64,000 nucleotides of DNA from Ranitomeya imitator (taxonomy: Eukaryota). How positions within the stretch are numbered: the stretch's first letter is position 1; every line of letters starts with the position of its first letter. The stretch lies in contig NC_091288.1 in the NCBI RefSeq assembly GCF_032444005.1, positions 16,120,001 through 16,184,000 on the forward strand. The letters are read 5' to 3'. The position numbers and the translations under genes are program-made. Shown here in pieces: positions 35,216 to 48,418 of this stretch. Under the pieces are notes generated by a model. The model was not told the DNA's origin. It worked only from the letters and a program-made list of their open reading frames with translations, and did no database searches.

Positions 35216-38200
35216 CCCCTTTCTGACATATGACGTACTATCCCGTCGAGGTTGGGTGGGCCCGTATGCCCACCGAAGGGATAGTACGTCATACGCGATC
35301 GGCCGCGCTCACGGGGGGAGCGCGGCCGGGTGTCAGCTGCCTATCGCAGCTGACATCCAGCACTATGTGCCAGGAGCAGTCACGGACCGCCCCCGGCACA
35401 TTAACCCCGGCACACCGCGATCAAACATGATCGCGGTGTGCCGGCAGTATAGGGAAGCATCGCGCACGGAGGGGGCTCCCTGCGGGCTTCCCTGAGACCC
35501 CCGGAGCAACGCGATGTGATCGCGTTGCTGCAAGGGTCTCTTACCTCCTCCTCCTTGCGGGCCCGGATCCAAGATGGCCGCGGCATCCGGGTCCTGCAGG
35601 GAGGGAGGTGGCTTACCAAGTGCCTGCTCAGAGCAGGCGCTTGGTAAGCCGCAGCGCTATAAGTCAGATCGCTGATCTGACAGAGTGCTGTGAAAATTGT
35701 CAGATCAGCGATCTGTGATGTCCCCCCCCCCCCCCCGAGACAAAGTAAAAAAGTTTTTAAAAAAATTTCCACATGTGTAAAAAAATAAAAATAAAAAATT
35801 CCTAAATAAAGAAAAAAAAATATTCCCATAAATACATTTCTTTATCTAAATAAAAAAAAAACAATAAAAGTACACATATTTAGTATCGCCACGTCCGTAA
35901 CGACCCAACCTATAAAACTGTCCCACTAGTTAACCCCTTCAGTAAACACCGTAAGGAAAAAAAAAACGAGGCAAAAAACAACGCTTTATTATCATGGTAC
36001 CGCTGAAAACGTCATCTTGTCCCGCAAAAAACGAGCCGCCATACAGCATCATCAGCAAATAAATAAAAAAGTTATAGTCCTGAGAATAAAGTGATGCCAA
36101 AATAATTATTTTTTCTATAAAATAAAAAACACATAAAAAATGATATAAATGAGGTATCGCTGTAATCGTACTGACTTGAAGAATAAAACTGCTTTATCAA
36201 TTTTACCAAACGCGGAACGGTATAAACGCCTCCCCCAAAAGAAATTCATGAATAGCTGGTTTTTGGTCATTCTGCCTCACAAAAATCGGAATAAAAAGCG
36301 ATCAAAAAATGTCACGTGCCGGAAAATGTTACCAATGAAAACGGCAACTCGTCCCGCAAAAAAACAAGACCTCACATGAGTCTGTGGACTCAAATATGGA
36401 AAAATTATAGCTCTCAAAATGTGGTAATGCAAAAAATATTTTTTGCAATAAAAAGCGTCTTTCAGTGTGTGATGGCTGCCAATCATAAAAATCAGCTAAA
36501 AAACCCACTATAAAAGTAAATCAAAACCCCCTTCATCACCCCCTTAGTTAGGGAAAAATTTAAAAAATGTATTTATTTCCATTTTCCCATTAGGGTTAGG
36601 GCTACGGTTAGGGCTACTGTTAGGGTTAGGGCTAGGGTTAGGGTTAGGGTTAGGGCTAGGGTTAAGGCTACAGTTAGGGTTGGGACTAGGGTTAGGGCTA
36701 GGGTTAGGGCTAGGGTTAGGGTTGGGGCTAGGGTTAAGGCTACAGTTAGGGTTGGGGCTAAAGTTAGGGTTGGGGTTAGGGTTGGGGCTAGGGTTATGGT
36801 TAGGGTTAGGGCTAGGGTTAAGGCTACAGTTAGGGTTAAGGCTACAGTTAGGGCTGGGGCTAAAGTTAGGGTTAGGGTTTGGATTACATTTACAGTTGGG
36901 AAAAGGGTTGGGATTAGGGTTAGGGGTGTGTCTGGATTAGAGGTGTGGTTAGGGTTACCGTTGGGATTAGGGTTAGGGGAGTGTTTGGATTAGGGTTTCA
37001 GTTATAATTGGGGGGTATCCCACTGTTCAGGCCCATCAGGGGCTCTCCAAACACAACATCCGATCTCAATTCCAGCCAATTATGCGTTGAAAAGGTAAAA
37101 CAGTGCTCCTTCCCTTCCGAGCTCTCCTGTGTGCCCAAACAGGGGTTTACCCCAATGTATGGGGTATCAGCGTACTCAGGACAATTGGACAACAACATTT
37201 AGGGTCCAATTTCTCCTGTTACCCTTGGAAAAATACAAAACTGGGGGCTAAAAAATAATTTTTGTGGAAAAAAAAATATATTTTTTATTTGCACGGCTCT
37301 GCGTTATAAACTGTAGTGAAACACTTGGGGGTTCAAAGCTCTCACAACACATTTAGATGAGTTCCTTAGGGGGTCTACTTTCCAAAATGGTGTCACTTGT
37401 GGGGGGTTTCTACTGTTTAGGTACATTAGGGGCTCTGCAAACGCAATGTGACACCTGCAGACCATCCCATCTAAGTCTATATTCCAAATGGCGCTCCTTC
37501 CCTTCTGAGCCCTCCCATGCGCCCAAACGATGGTCCCCCCCCCCCCCCCCCACATATGGGGTATCAGCGCACTCAGGACAAATTGGACAACAACTTTTGG
37601 GGTCCAATTTCTCCTTTTACCCTCGGGAAAATACAAAACTGGGGGCTAAAAAACAATTTTTGGGGGAAAAAATTTTTGTTTTATTTTTACGGCTCTGCAT
37701 TATAAACTTCTGTGAAGCCCTTGGTGGGTCAAAGTGCTCACCACACATCTAGATAAGTTCCTTAGGGGGTCTACTTTCCAAAATGGTGTCACTTGTGGGG
37801 GGTTTCAATGTTTAGGCACATCAGTGGCTCTCCAAATGCAACAAGGCGTCCCATCTCAATTCCTGTCAATTTTGCATTGAAAAGTCAAACGGCGCTCCTT
37901 CCCTTCCGAGCTCTCCCATGCGCCCAAACAGTGGTTTACCCCCACATATGGGGTATCAGCATACTTAGGACAAATTGTACAACAACCTTTGGGGTCCAAT
38001 TTCTTCTCTTACCCTTGGGAAAATAAAAAATTGGGGGCGAAAAGATAATTTTTGTGAAAAATATGATTTTTTATTTTTACGGTTCTGCATTATAAAGTTC
38101 TGTGAAGCACTTGGTGGGTCTAAGTGCTCACCACACCTCTACATAAGTTCCTTAAGGGGTTTACTTTCCAAAATGGTGTCACTTGTGGGGGGTTTCAATG

Positions 38201-38837
38201 TTTAGGCACATCAGTGGCTCTCCAAACACAACATGGCGTCCCATCTCAATTCCTGTCAATTTTGCATTGAAAAGTCAAATGGCGCTCCTTCGCTTCCGAG
38301 CTCTGTCATGCGCCCAAACAGTGGTTTACCCCCACATATGTGGTATCGGCGTACTCAGGACAAATTGTGCAACAACTTTTGGGGTCTATTTTCTCCTGTT
38401 ACCCTTGGTAAAATAAAACAAATTGGAGCTGAAGTAAATTTTTTGTGAAAAAAAATTAAATGTTAATTTTTATTTAAACATTACAAAAATTCGTGTGAAA
38501 CACCTGAAAAATGTGCTGATGTATAGTAGACATGTGGGAAATGTTACTTATTAAGTATTTTGTGTGACATATCTCTGTGATTTAATTGCATAAAAATTCA
38601 AAGTTGGAAAATTGCGAAATTTTCGCCAAATTTCCATTTTTTTCACAAATAAACGCAGGTAATATCAAGGAAATTTTACCACTATCATGAAGTACAATAT
38701 GTCATGAGAAAACAGTGTCAAAATCACTGGGATCCGTTGAAGCGTTCCAGAGTTATAACCTCATAAAAGGACAGTGGTCAGAATTGTAAAAATTGGCCTG
38801 GTCATTGACGTGCAAACCATCCTTGGGGGTAAAGGGG
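35216..38837. mobile_element. Complete 3.6-kb piggyBac-type non-autonomous element
   Basis: TTAA|CCCCTTT ... AAAGGGG|TTAA (TSD 35212-35215 and 38838-38841). No transposase ORF. Confidence 0.85.
36588..36995 (+). repeat. Degenerate telomere-like (TTAGGG)n array inside the piggyBac-type element
   Basis: TTAGGG interspersed with CTAGGG, TTGGGG, TTAAGG and CTACAG variants over ~400 bp. Confidence 0.9.
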
Positions 38838-40025
38838 TTAAGGATGACCGGAAAGAAAAATTTGGGAATTCAAACTAATGAAGATGTTCAATTTTTTGAC
38901 ACTAGGACTCAATTTAACACCTGGATTTATGAGTCACTACATGGATACAATTCACACCTCCACCAGATGGGCTCCAGATAACTAAGAACATATTCCCACT
39001 GCCTCTCCATTTGTAAGAAAATGCCTAATTTGATTTCCTTGGCTTATCTTTACAAGGCATCACACTTCCCACCCCCCTGAACAAATGTCCAGCTGTAGTA
39101 TTCTTTAAATATTGTGCTTTTTTCTTTATTAATCTATTTGTAATCTGCCTGAAGAAGGAGCCTCTGTGCTCTGAAAGCTGCAAACATATTATTTTCTGGT
39201 TAGCCAATAAAGGTATCACTCCGAGAATACTTCTGTCATCATTGGGCAGAAAAGTATTCACATCGATTTTTGGGCTAACACAGTACCACAATACAATTTG
39301 TTATTGTACATCATAAACCGTATCAAGAATGTCTGGTGATTTTCTGATCTACTGCAAATTGCCATAAAGAGGAAAGAGCGGAGCAAGTAGGAAACATCTA
39401 CAGGGTGATGAGTAGTTTTTCCCTCATATGGGGCAAAGTTTCATTTTACTACCCCCGATCTGTATCTAAATACCCTGACCAGGTGGTGTGCGGACACCCA
39501 GAATCCAGAGTGTATGCCTCTACCTATGTACGTTGGGTATATAAACAATGGGAGGGAATGTATAGAATGTATAATAAATGTGGCATATCTGTTGGCTGTC
39601 TCTGCACCAGAAAATTAAATCTAAAGCAGCTCTTGATTTTACGTACTTTCTCATGCAAGTTATTCCTCTGTTCAGGGAGGGACCAAGCTCCATTTTGTTA
39701 AACCCTCAATTTATTTTTATTTTTTTTTACAAAAGTAACACAAAGAGCAAAAAGTTGAAACTTTTGACCATGTCTTGTGGCAAATTTTGGAACCTGTTTA
39801 TGATAAATAATAGATATCCCTCTTTGTGTTTCTACAAGTGACTCTGAGATAGTAGCTCCGTTGCTGATACATGCGGCTGCTGAAATTTACTCACTCCCTA
39901 GATTCAGATACAAAAGTAAAAGGTCAGGAGAAAAACTAGGTTTCAAGTATCAGGAGAGTAAGTTCTGATTTTTAACCTTGCATCTAACTGATTTTTTTTT
40001 TATTATTATTATTATTATGTATCAG

Positions 40026-40881
40026 GTTGGTGAAGTTGATGAACAAAATAGAACATCTGTGGAAACAAATATTGCTGGTGCCGAGATGTCCTGCTGGGGA
40101 TGAGACCGATGCTACCAGTGATGATACAGAAGAGTTGGGGGCAGATACTTGTAACGTAAAGACAGACTGTTCTTCTGAAGATCCGGATATATCTGACGAT
40201 GAGATAGAGGCGTCTGAGGAGCAAACATATATTGTTATGCAGATGGTAAAGAGATGGACGACTCTGGTGAAGACTCAGTCCGGTCTGTTGAAGACACAAA
40301 CCAATTTGTTAGAGAAGCAGAAAGATCTGATGAAACAAAACAATCAATTGAAAACGGAGACAAATCAATTGAAGACGCAGAGAAATCTATTGAAGACACA
40401 AAGAAATCTATTGAAGACGAAGAGAAAGCTATTGACGCAGAGAAATCTATTGAAGACGCAGAGAAATCTATTGAGTCAGAGAAATCTATTGAAGACTCAG
40501 AGAAATCTATTGAGGCAGAGAAATCTATTGAAGACGCAGAGAAATCTATTGAGTCAGAGAAATCTATTGAAGACGCAGAGAAATCTATTGAGGCAGAGAA
40601 ATCTATTGAGGCAGAGAAATCTATTGAGGCAGAGAAATCTATTGAAGACACAGAGAAATCTATTGAAGACGCAGAGAAATCTGTTAATGGCACAGGATAA
40701 TGTTTCGAAGGAAGAGATCAATATGTTGGAGACAGAGGTCGACATGTTGGAGACACGGTTCAATATGTTTAAGACATCGGACAATGTGGAGAAAACAAAG
40801 GCGGATGTGGTGAACACCCTGAGCGATTTACTGAAGACACTGGCCGATGTGTTGGAGACACAGTATATGCGGAAACATTGA
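40026..40881 (+). CDS. Copy 2 terminal exon: acidic linker plus 16 RNLL-type repeats (predicted coiled coil)
   Basis: (tta)n tgtatcag|G TTG GTG AAG. The phase-2 junction gives H-I-R-L-V-K-L. Open for 284 codons to TGA. Spliced product from ATG 33337 is 493 aa by my arithmetic. Confidence 0.78.
40372..40690 (+). repeat. Coding minisatellite of mixed 21-nt and 18-nt units
   Basis: agagaaatctattgaagacgc (RNLLKTQ) and agagaaatctattgaggc/gagtc (RNLLRQ/RNLLSQ). Confidence 0.95.
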
Positions 40882-42376
40882 CTATTATTGGATAGGTACA
40901 GGATGAGGTTTTGGACCAAGCATGGGGCAGAGAATTTAAATAATGGCCCCAGAGGCAGAAAAAAATTCTACTAGAATCTCAGTGACTTAAAAAAAATTAC
41001 TTTTAAAGGGTTAAGTGTCCTGTTGTGCCATAATAAAGAGGTTAAAACAATATCATGATTTTACTACTACATGTTCTGTACATGACTGATATCATAATCA
41101 GATCAGGGATACGACAATCGATGACCTTTATGACTATTTACATATAGTAATTATTAATACAATCCAATTATCATTTGCAGCCTGGAAGCCAACAAGAAGT
41201 TGATTTTGGTTGACAAAAAATGCTGACACTTGTAGTTATTATTTTTAGTTTATAAATCAAATAAATTAAAATTGTTCTTCTCAGTTTCTGTATTTTTCCT
41301 AATAACAATAAAAATTATTATCCAACAAGAGGATAAACCGCACTCCTGACTTTGGAAGAAACTATAGAATAGACTTTATTTAATTAATCAGTATCTCACA
41401 AAGCATTGTAGCATTGCGGGAATGTTTTCAGACTGATGAAGGTCCTTCTTCAGGCTCTATGAGCAGGTATAAGGACAGTCTTGCCTCCCATTTATTTCCA
41501 CACTACTTCTGTGTAAGAAGGATAGAATTGGGCTTAAATATTTATACAATCAGATACAATTTTGAAAACTCTGGTCCAGACAGATTTTCTATGTGATACG
41601 TGAAGGATGTGAGTGATCAGTGATGTATCAGCCATTACGTAATAAAGGAGAAATGTCAAAGGTCTAAAAATGACTATACAAGATGCCATTAAGTGGTGAA
41701 GTCTGAAGTTCGGCTCATTAAGAGTGGGGTGGACACATTGGACATTTTGGTGTCAGGAATAGCATGTGTGTACAGAGAATATAAAATATTCTTGTGTCCC
41801 ATGAGAAGAGGTCAGACACTTGCAGACGGACAGCTTATCATAAGAAAGGAGATGATGTGGAGTCTGCATTATAGCTAGTTATAAGTGGGGGCGAGTAGTA
41901 TTTATTCTAGATGGTGCCCAGGACAAAAAGTGAGTGTCAAGGATGCATCAGCTTGTAGTGTTGGTGTAGTCTGTTCCAGGCGGAGAAGACCTGTCCTCCT
42001 GCATGAGCACTGTCACCAAGAAGAAAGTGCGAGGAGATCTTCCATGGATGGGAGCATAGAGGTATTGTAACTAAGTGAACCATGCATCTGCTGACAAAAT
42101 GGCGGTAAGCTGACATAGAGTAAAGGAGTTACCATTTATAAGGGGATCATATTGACTTATGTCATTTTCAAGTTCTAGTGAGAACATAATAAGGATCATG
42201 TACAGTAAGTGCCGAGAAGTGCAGGTTTATTGATACTGTGAGAATTTCTAATGTTCCGAGGAAAAACTTTCTGAGACAGAAATCGTCTCCTCCGGTTATT
42301 ATTCTACTTTACAAACCAAATAAATTATGACTGTACGTTGATGTTAAATTCTGCCTTTTTTATAAAGGTTTATTAA

Positions 42377-42673
42377 TAGTGATGAGCGAATATACTCGTT
42401 ACTCGAGACTTCTTGAGCACGCTCGGGGGTCCTCCGAGTATTTTTTAGTTTTCCTCACTTCAGCTGAATGATTTACAGCTATTAGCCAGCTTGATTACAT
42501 GTGGGGATTCCCTAGCAACCAGGCCACCCCCACATGTACTTATGCTGGCTAACAGATGTAAATCATTCAGTTGACGTGAGGAAAACTAAATCTCTGAGCA
42601 CTAAAAAAATACTCGGAGGACACCCGAGCATGATCGAGAAATCTCGAGTAACGAGTATATTCGCTCATCACAA
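42377..42673. mobile_element. hAT-type palindromic MITE
   Basis: TAGTGATGAGCGAATATACTCGTTACTCGAGA inverted termini; 8-bp TSD TTTATTAA at 42369-42376 and 42674-42681. Confidence 0.88.
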
Positions 42674-43619
42674 TTTATTAATATTATTAAAATAATAGTA
42701 GGGGACAATAGTAGTGATGAGAAGTTTCTGGGGTACAACATGTGGCCTTTCATACAAGACTGGGACAGTCATAGAGCCAAAAATGCTTTGCAGTGTGAAT
42801 GGAGACGTAAAGTTTACACAAACCAAACACGAGCGTGCATTTAGCTGATAATAGTTATTGAGTAAGATTACATTACAGATCTGTCACACACACATTCGCT
42901 TCACTTTTTAATCCAGGCTATGGCTTGTTCCTTGACTAGGCCTTGGACATAACTGCGCATACAGACCGTATCATCGCTCGGCAACGTGCATGGTGACGTC
43001 CAAGGCCTACACAAGATAGAAGACCCAGCCTGGAGTGAAGAGGCCAAAGAGAATGCTCATAATGAGGAAAGGGGAGAAGAGGAGGCACTGGGGAGGGATA
43101 GGCTTTCCGGTCTGGGGAGCGGTGAGGTATTATTTGTTTTGTTTTTCTAAGGTTAAGCAAAACGGTGACCGCAGCTGGACTCCATTTTTCCTTCATTCAT
43201 CTGGTGCAAACTGCAAAAAAAATCCATATTCTGGAGAATATGAAACTTTGTAAAATTTGAGGAGAAATTCTACTCAAAACATTTCACTCATTTCTAATTC
43301 CTGTACTTTACTCTTGGAATATTTTGCACCTCAGTGTGGACCTGTCCTGACCAAACACAAGGTTACCAGCTGTCTGTAAGGGTTAATAAAGTCCTGTGAT
43401 TACAGCAGCCTCTGCACTGATTCCAGCAGTCTCTGTCTCTCTGCCCTGTAGAAGGAGGAGACTGACACATGTAATGTGAGCAAACAGCAGCCAGAGACCT
43501 TGCCATAGACAAGAATAGCTTTTTAGAACAAAATGGGGTCTAGATCTACAAATAGTATAGTCTCCGCCCACCTGTCATTTTTAGGTGCTTTTGTAATTAT
43601 AAACTACGGTAAATACAAG

Positions 43620-44770
43620 TGTGGCTTCCCAGGGTCCTGGTTGTCACAGTAGCATTGCTTTCCTCATGGGGAGAGTGATGTTACGCTTGGAGGCAAGAAG
43701 GGATAACTGTCACCTGGTACCACAAGCATGCAACATGTTCACACTCCAGGCCACTAGGGGGAGCTTTCGATCCTATTTACTAGGTGACTCCCCCTATATA
43801 TAGTAGTTTTGGAGGGAAAGGAGTTAGTTGCAGACTGAGAACAGTTCTTGCCAGGAGACAGACTGGATCAGTCTGAGGCACAAGAGGGTTTACGGAGCTG
43901 TGTAGCCGCAGTGCTGCCGTTCCTGGGAAGAGACATACAGAAAGCCGAATATATTGCAGTGAGCGTGCAGGAGAGAGAAGCACAGGAGAGAATACCAGGG
44001 GGAGACCAGCCACGAGCAGTCTGCCTCCTTCTGAGTTGCAGAGACCGGTAGCTGGAACACCAAGGTTGTAAGGCCCTCCACGACTTACATCAGAGACCGG
44101 CAGGACAGATAAACTTCAAGTTACCTGTCCGCCTTAATACCCAGGAGGCACGGTGACACCCTTAGAGGCTGGTGCATGCTAGAGTCCCTATAAACCGCCT
44201 CAAGTCACCAGTCATACGGGTTGCATTCTATACGGGGGACAGAGAGAGAGAGATAACATCTGTGAGGACCTTATCTGAAGCCATAGGCAATAAGGGACTA
44301 CAACACCACTACACTAGAGGAAGGCTTTGATTTCCACCTGGATAAGGGGACTCCTAACTAGCCTCCAGGCTGGCCAGACCCTGCCAGCCCTGTGATCTGG
44401 TACCCTGGACTGCGGATGCTGAAGTCTTCAGTAAATAAAGTAAAGAGACTGCAAACCTGTGTCCTCGTTCTTCACTGCACCTCTCACCATCTACCATCTA
44501 CACATCGGGAGCCCTGGGGACACACTTCACATGTGGGAAGGTATACCATCTAGCTGCCATAACATCACCCCAGTGGACCCCTTAAAGCAGCGTCGGTCCC
44601 TACTGACCGAATACCACAGGTGGCGTCACGAACAATAGACTTTATCCCTTTAAAGACCTTTTACATTTTACATGTGCACCCAGGGCCACGGACTGGGTCG
44701 CCGCCGTGACATCCCCCTGTGAAGTACCGGACCCGGTATCGAGTACCCCACAGCCCTGGCGGGCGCCTCA
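43620..44770. mobile_element. Solo LTR-like element
   Basis: TGTGGCTTCCC...GGGCGCCTCA termini; homologous along its length to 47306-48418. No TSD found. Confidence 0.65.
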
Positions 44771-45416
44771 TCTAAACAGCTGATATATTTGTATTTTCCA
44801 CCAAAATGTATTTACCCCAAATATTACCATTTTGTTTTCAGATGTTATCATAGAATGCATAAATAATGCCTCTACATAGTATCCAAATAACAGCAATTTA
44901 TAGAACGATAGATTTTCCACATAAGTCCAAGAAATCTACAGTGCAGTGTTTATAATTCAATACAGTACAATGTCAACCATACAATACCTAAATAACACTC
45001 TTGTTTGCAGTCTAGATAATATTGCCAAACAGGGTAAGGGTTAAAGGTTTTTTTTTTTACCTCCAGTTATCACATATGTGCACTCATTTCCGGCCCCTTT
45101 AAGTCCCTAAGGACTAAGGCCTTTATCATCACAGAGACCACCGCTTTCCACCAATACTCCATCCCAAGTGCTAAAATTAAAAGAGTCATTCTTCACTTTA
45201 GGCAAGGTCATGACGACTGAAGAATGGATACGAGTCACGACATCTTATGTAAAGTGGACGTCCCACTAAAGGTTGGGAGGGTAAAGGGGGAAACACTCAG
45301 AATGTTCCTGAATGGGGTTTCTGGTGACCGTTTTTGATACAAATTTTCCTTGTAAACAAAAAAGTTTGTAAACAAAAGGAAAATGAAAGAAATGAAGGGA
45401 GTTTTTGTGCCACTAA

Positions 45417-45982
45417 GGCTACTTTCACACATCAGGTTTTTGCCGTCAGGCACAATCCGGCGTGTTTTGAAAGAAAAAACGGATCCGTTTTTTTCTTCTG
45501 CCGGATCTTTTTTTTCTCATAGAGTAGTATTAGCGCCTGATGGCCACACGTTTCATTCGTTCTTTCCCTGATCCATCAAAAAAGTTGTTTCCGGCGGACG
45601 GAGAAAACGTACAGAGGAACGTTTTTTCTGTCCGGTGAAAAAACGCCCAGGTACTGATCCGGCCAAAAACGGATGAAGCGGAGATGTGAAATTATGAATC
45701 CGGCTTCCGAATCCGGTTTTCCCTGCATTCTCCATTCAAGTCCTGCACATTTTCCATTCTGGTCTCTCTCTGTCTCTCTCTCTCTCATACTCTCTCTGTC
45801 TCTCTCTCTCCTCCCCCCCTCGGAATAGGAAGTCACTGTTTCCCCGGGTTAAAAAGACAAAAACGGATCCAGCAGAAAAACGGATCCGTCGCATCAGTTT
45901 TTTACTATTTGCGACGGCTCCGTTTTTTTACAAATTTGCCGGATTGTGCCTGAACCAAAAAAACTGATGTGTGAAAGTAGCC
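45417..45982. mobile_element. PIF/Harbinger-like MITE with (CT)n interior
   Basis: TIRs GGCTACTTTCACACATCAG / CTGATGTGTGAAAGTAGCC flanked by TAA/TTA. Confidence 0.85.
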
Positions 45983-45985
45983 TTA

Positions 45986-46800
45986 CAGTTATGTGCAAAA
46001 TAATAGCAGTCTAACATCACTAATATGTTTAATTACTGTTTTGAGCAGAAAAGATCATACAATGTGGGAAAAAAATTAATGACTAGGTGTAGGCGAGTAA
46101 TGTGCAGCCAACAGAGTCAACAGTCATGAAATGCACGCTGCTAATTGGGTGTAGTTGTGTACCGAAGGAGGAAGAAGTTTGTTCATGAAGTTGATTAGAG
46201 AGGGGAAAACAGGTAAAAAAGTGAAGAAAAGAATTGGCTGTTCAGCTTAAGATTTCCAATGCTTTAAAATGGCAAACAATACCTGAAATACGTGGTAGGA
46301 AAATAAATACTACCAGCCGCATAGATCATAGAATAACAAGAATGGCAAAGAAGTCTCCAATGATCGGCTCCAGGGAGATCAGAGAAGATCTTCAGTTACC
46401 TGTCAGTTTTGCAACCATCAGAACACACCTTCATGATGCCAAACTATTTGCAAGAAACCCTCGTAAAGTACCATTGTTGAAATAAAGACATGTTGAAAAG
46501 ATTACAGTTTGCCAAAGAACACATTGACCGGCCTAAAGAGAAGAGTCCGACATTCTATGGACAGATAAGAGCAAGGTTGTTCTTATTGGGTGTAGAGGCT
46601 GCAGAAAGTTTGTGAGACCACCCATAAGTGAATTCAGGCCACCGTACAATGTGAAGACTGGAAAATATGGAGGTGCGAGCAGAATGATTTGGAGATGTTT
46701 CTTATACTATGGAGTTGGGCCCATTTATCGCATACCAGGCACCATGGAAAAGTGTGAATGTAGCACAATATTGGAAGAGGTCATGTTGCCTTATGCTGGA
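45986..46800 (+). mobile_element. Old Tc1-like element, 3'-truncated
   Basis: TA|CAGTTATGTGCAAAATAATAGCAGT start. Degenerate transposase pieces ARNPRKVPLL, FAKEH and GVGPIYRIPG. Confidence 0.75.
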
Positions 46801-47305
46801 GAAATTATATTGCTGGTGCTGAGACCGATGCTACCAGTGATGATACAGATGCCCCGGCAGAAGAGTTGGGGACAGATACTTGTAGCATAAAGACAGACTG
46901 TTCTTCTGAAGATCCGGATATATCTGATAACGAGATAGATGCGTCTGAGGAGCGGACAGATATTGTTATGAAGATGATAAAGAGATGGACCAATCTGGTG
47001 AAAACTCAGGCCGGTCTGTTGAAGACACAAACCAATTTGTTAGAGAAGCAGAAAGATCTGATGAAGCAAATCAATCGAAGATGCAGAGAAATCCTGTTGA
47101 AACAAACTAACTTCTTCAAGCCATATGATAATGTTTTGAAGGAAAAGGCCACTATGGTAAAGACACTGGTCGATATATGGGAGACGCAACCAAAATGTTG
47201 GAGACACAGGTCAATGTGGAGAAGATAAAGGCGGATGTGGTGAAGACCCTGAGCGATATGCTGCAGATACTGGCCGATGTGTTGGAGACACAGTACATGC
47301 GTAAA
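46801..47305 (+). pseudogene. Orphan, decayed tail exon (copy 3) lacking its peptidase exon
   Basis: TDATSDDTDAPAEELGTDTCSIKTDCSSEDPDISDNEIDASEE..KRWTNLVKTQAGLLKTQTNLLEKQKDLMKQ. The 5' end is fused to the Tc1 fragment, later frameshifts are present, and an LTR sits in the last codons. Confidence 0.82.
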
Positions 47306-48418
47306 TACAGCACCCCAAGTAGCCGGTTGTTGCAGTGATGTTGCCTTCCCTTCGGGGAGGGTGATATCACGCTTGGAGGCAAGTGAGATTCTTTCTATCA
47401 GGTAAGGCACTTACATTCAGCACATCTGAATCTAGGCCAGGAGGGGGAGCTCTGAACCCGGATTCAAGGGAGCGTCCCTTAGCTATATGCATCCTTGTCT
47501 GGAGGAGGAGTCAGCCAGTTGTAGAGGACTGAGGAGAGGAGAAAGACGTCTGTACCAGACAGAGGGGTGACACAGCCAAGTGGGAGCTGTGGCCTCTGGA
47601 AAGCGTGAGAACTTGAAGGAGTTAAATAGTGAGGAGCTGAGAGGGAAGAAGCACAGTGGAGGAAAGGGCTCAGGAGGGGAACAGCAGACGGACACCCTCA
47701 GAGCCAGAGCGCAGAAGCCGGGTACCGGGAGCCCGAGGTCGTGTTGTTCTCCAGAATGCACAACAGAAGCGGAGGGCATAGGACTATATGTCAATTGCCT
47801 GTAATAAGTCAGTGGTGAAGCAGTAACCCTTAGAGCAGGGTCATCTAAGAGATCTTATAAACAGGCTCAAACTGCCTATCGTACAGACATCTGTCTTAGG
47901 ACAGGAGAGAGGGGACCCTGTCAGCAAGCTTTAAGCCGCAGGGACCTCACCATCTGGTGCAAGTAGGAAAGGCTTATGGACCTCACCTGAAGTGGGATCC
48001 CATATTGCCTCCAAGACGGCCGGAACACAGCTACCCTACACCTGGTACCCTGCACTGAGGACTGCTACCATCAGTAAACCAGGTATAAGACTGCAAACTC
48101 TGTGTCCTCCACTTATTCGTCGGCATACACCATCTTTGCCACACACCTTGGGAGCCTTGGGGACATACTTCACCTGTGGGAAGTTATACCATCTAGCTGC
48201 CATACCATCCCCCTAGAGGACCCCTTTAAGCAGCGTCAGTCCTACTGACCAAATACCACAGGTTGCGCCACGAACAATAGACTTTATTCATAAAACCCCT
48301 AAAAGACTTTACCTTTAATTGGACACCCAGGGCCACGGACCGGGTCGCAGCCACCATGACATCCCCTTTAAGACCATACCCGGTACCGAGTACTCAACGG
48401 CCCTGCCGGGGCGCTCCA
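47306..48418. mobile_element. Solo LTR inserted at the end of the orphan tail exon
   Basis: TACAGCACCCC...GGGGCGCTCCA termini; 4-bp TSD TAAA at 47302-47305 and 48419-48422. Confidence 0.8.

Larger units (their letters stand above)
35061..39327 (+). mobile_element. Penelope-like element plus arm (35061-35215 and 38838-39327), split by a piggyBac-type element
   Basis: GTFPCNNKKCKTC, then DTPVGKHFSGPG..LILKGHF|KDD..EFKLMKMFNFLTLGLNLTPGF resumes after the TTAA insertion. The 3' end carries CCTGAAGAAG..GAAAGC and AATAAA. Confidence 0.75.

Noticed and set aside
36680-36993. GL-repeat and VR-repeat ORFs; possible true telomere
   Set aside because: Translations of the degenerate TTAGGG array, which is internal to a TTAA-bounded element.
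40235-40700. Acidic EKSIEDA frame (40254-40700) and antisense SIDFSAS frame as separate overlapping genes
   Set aside because: Open only because the repeat units lack stops. Splice phase supports the RNLLKTQ frame, and the acidic frame hits an early stop in copy 4.
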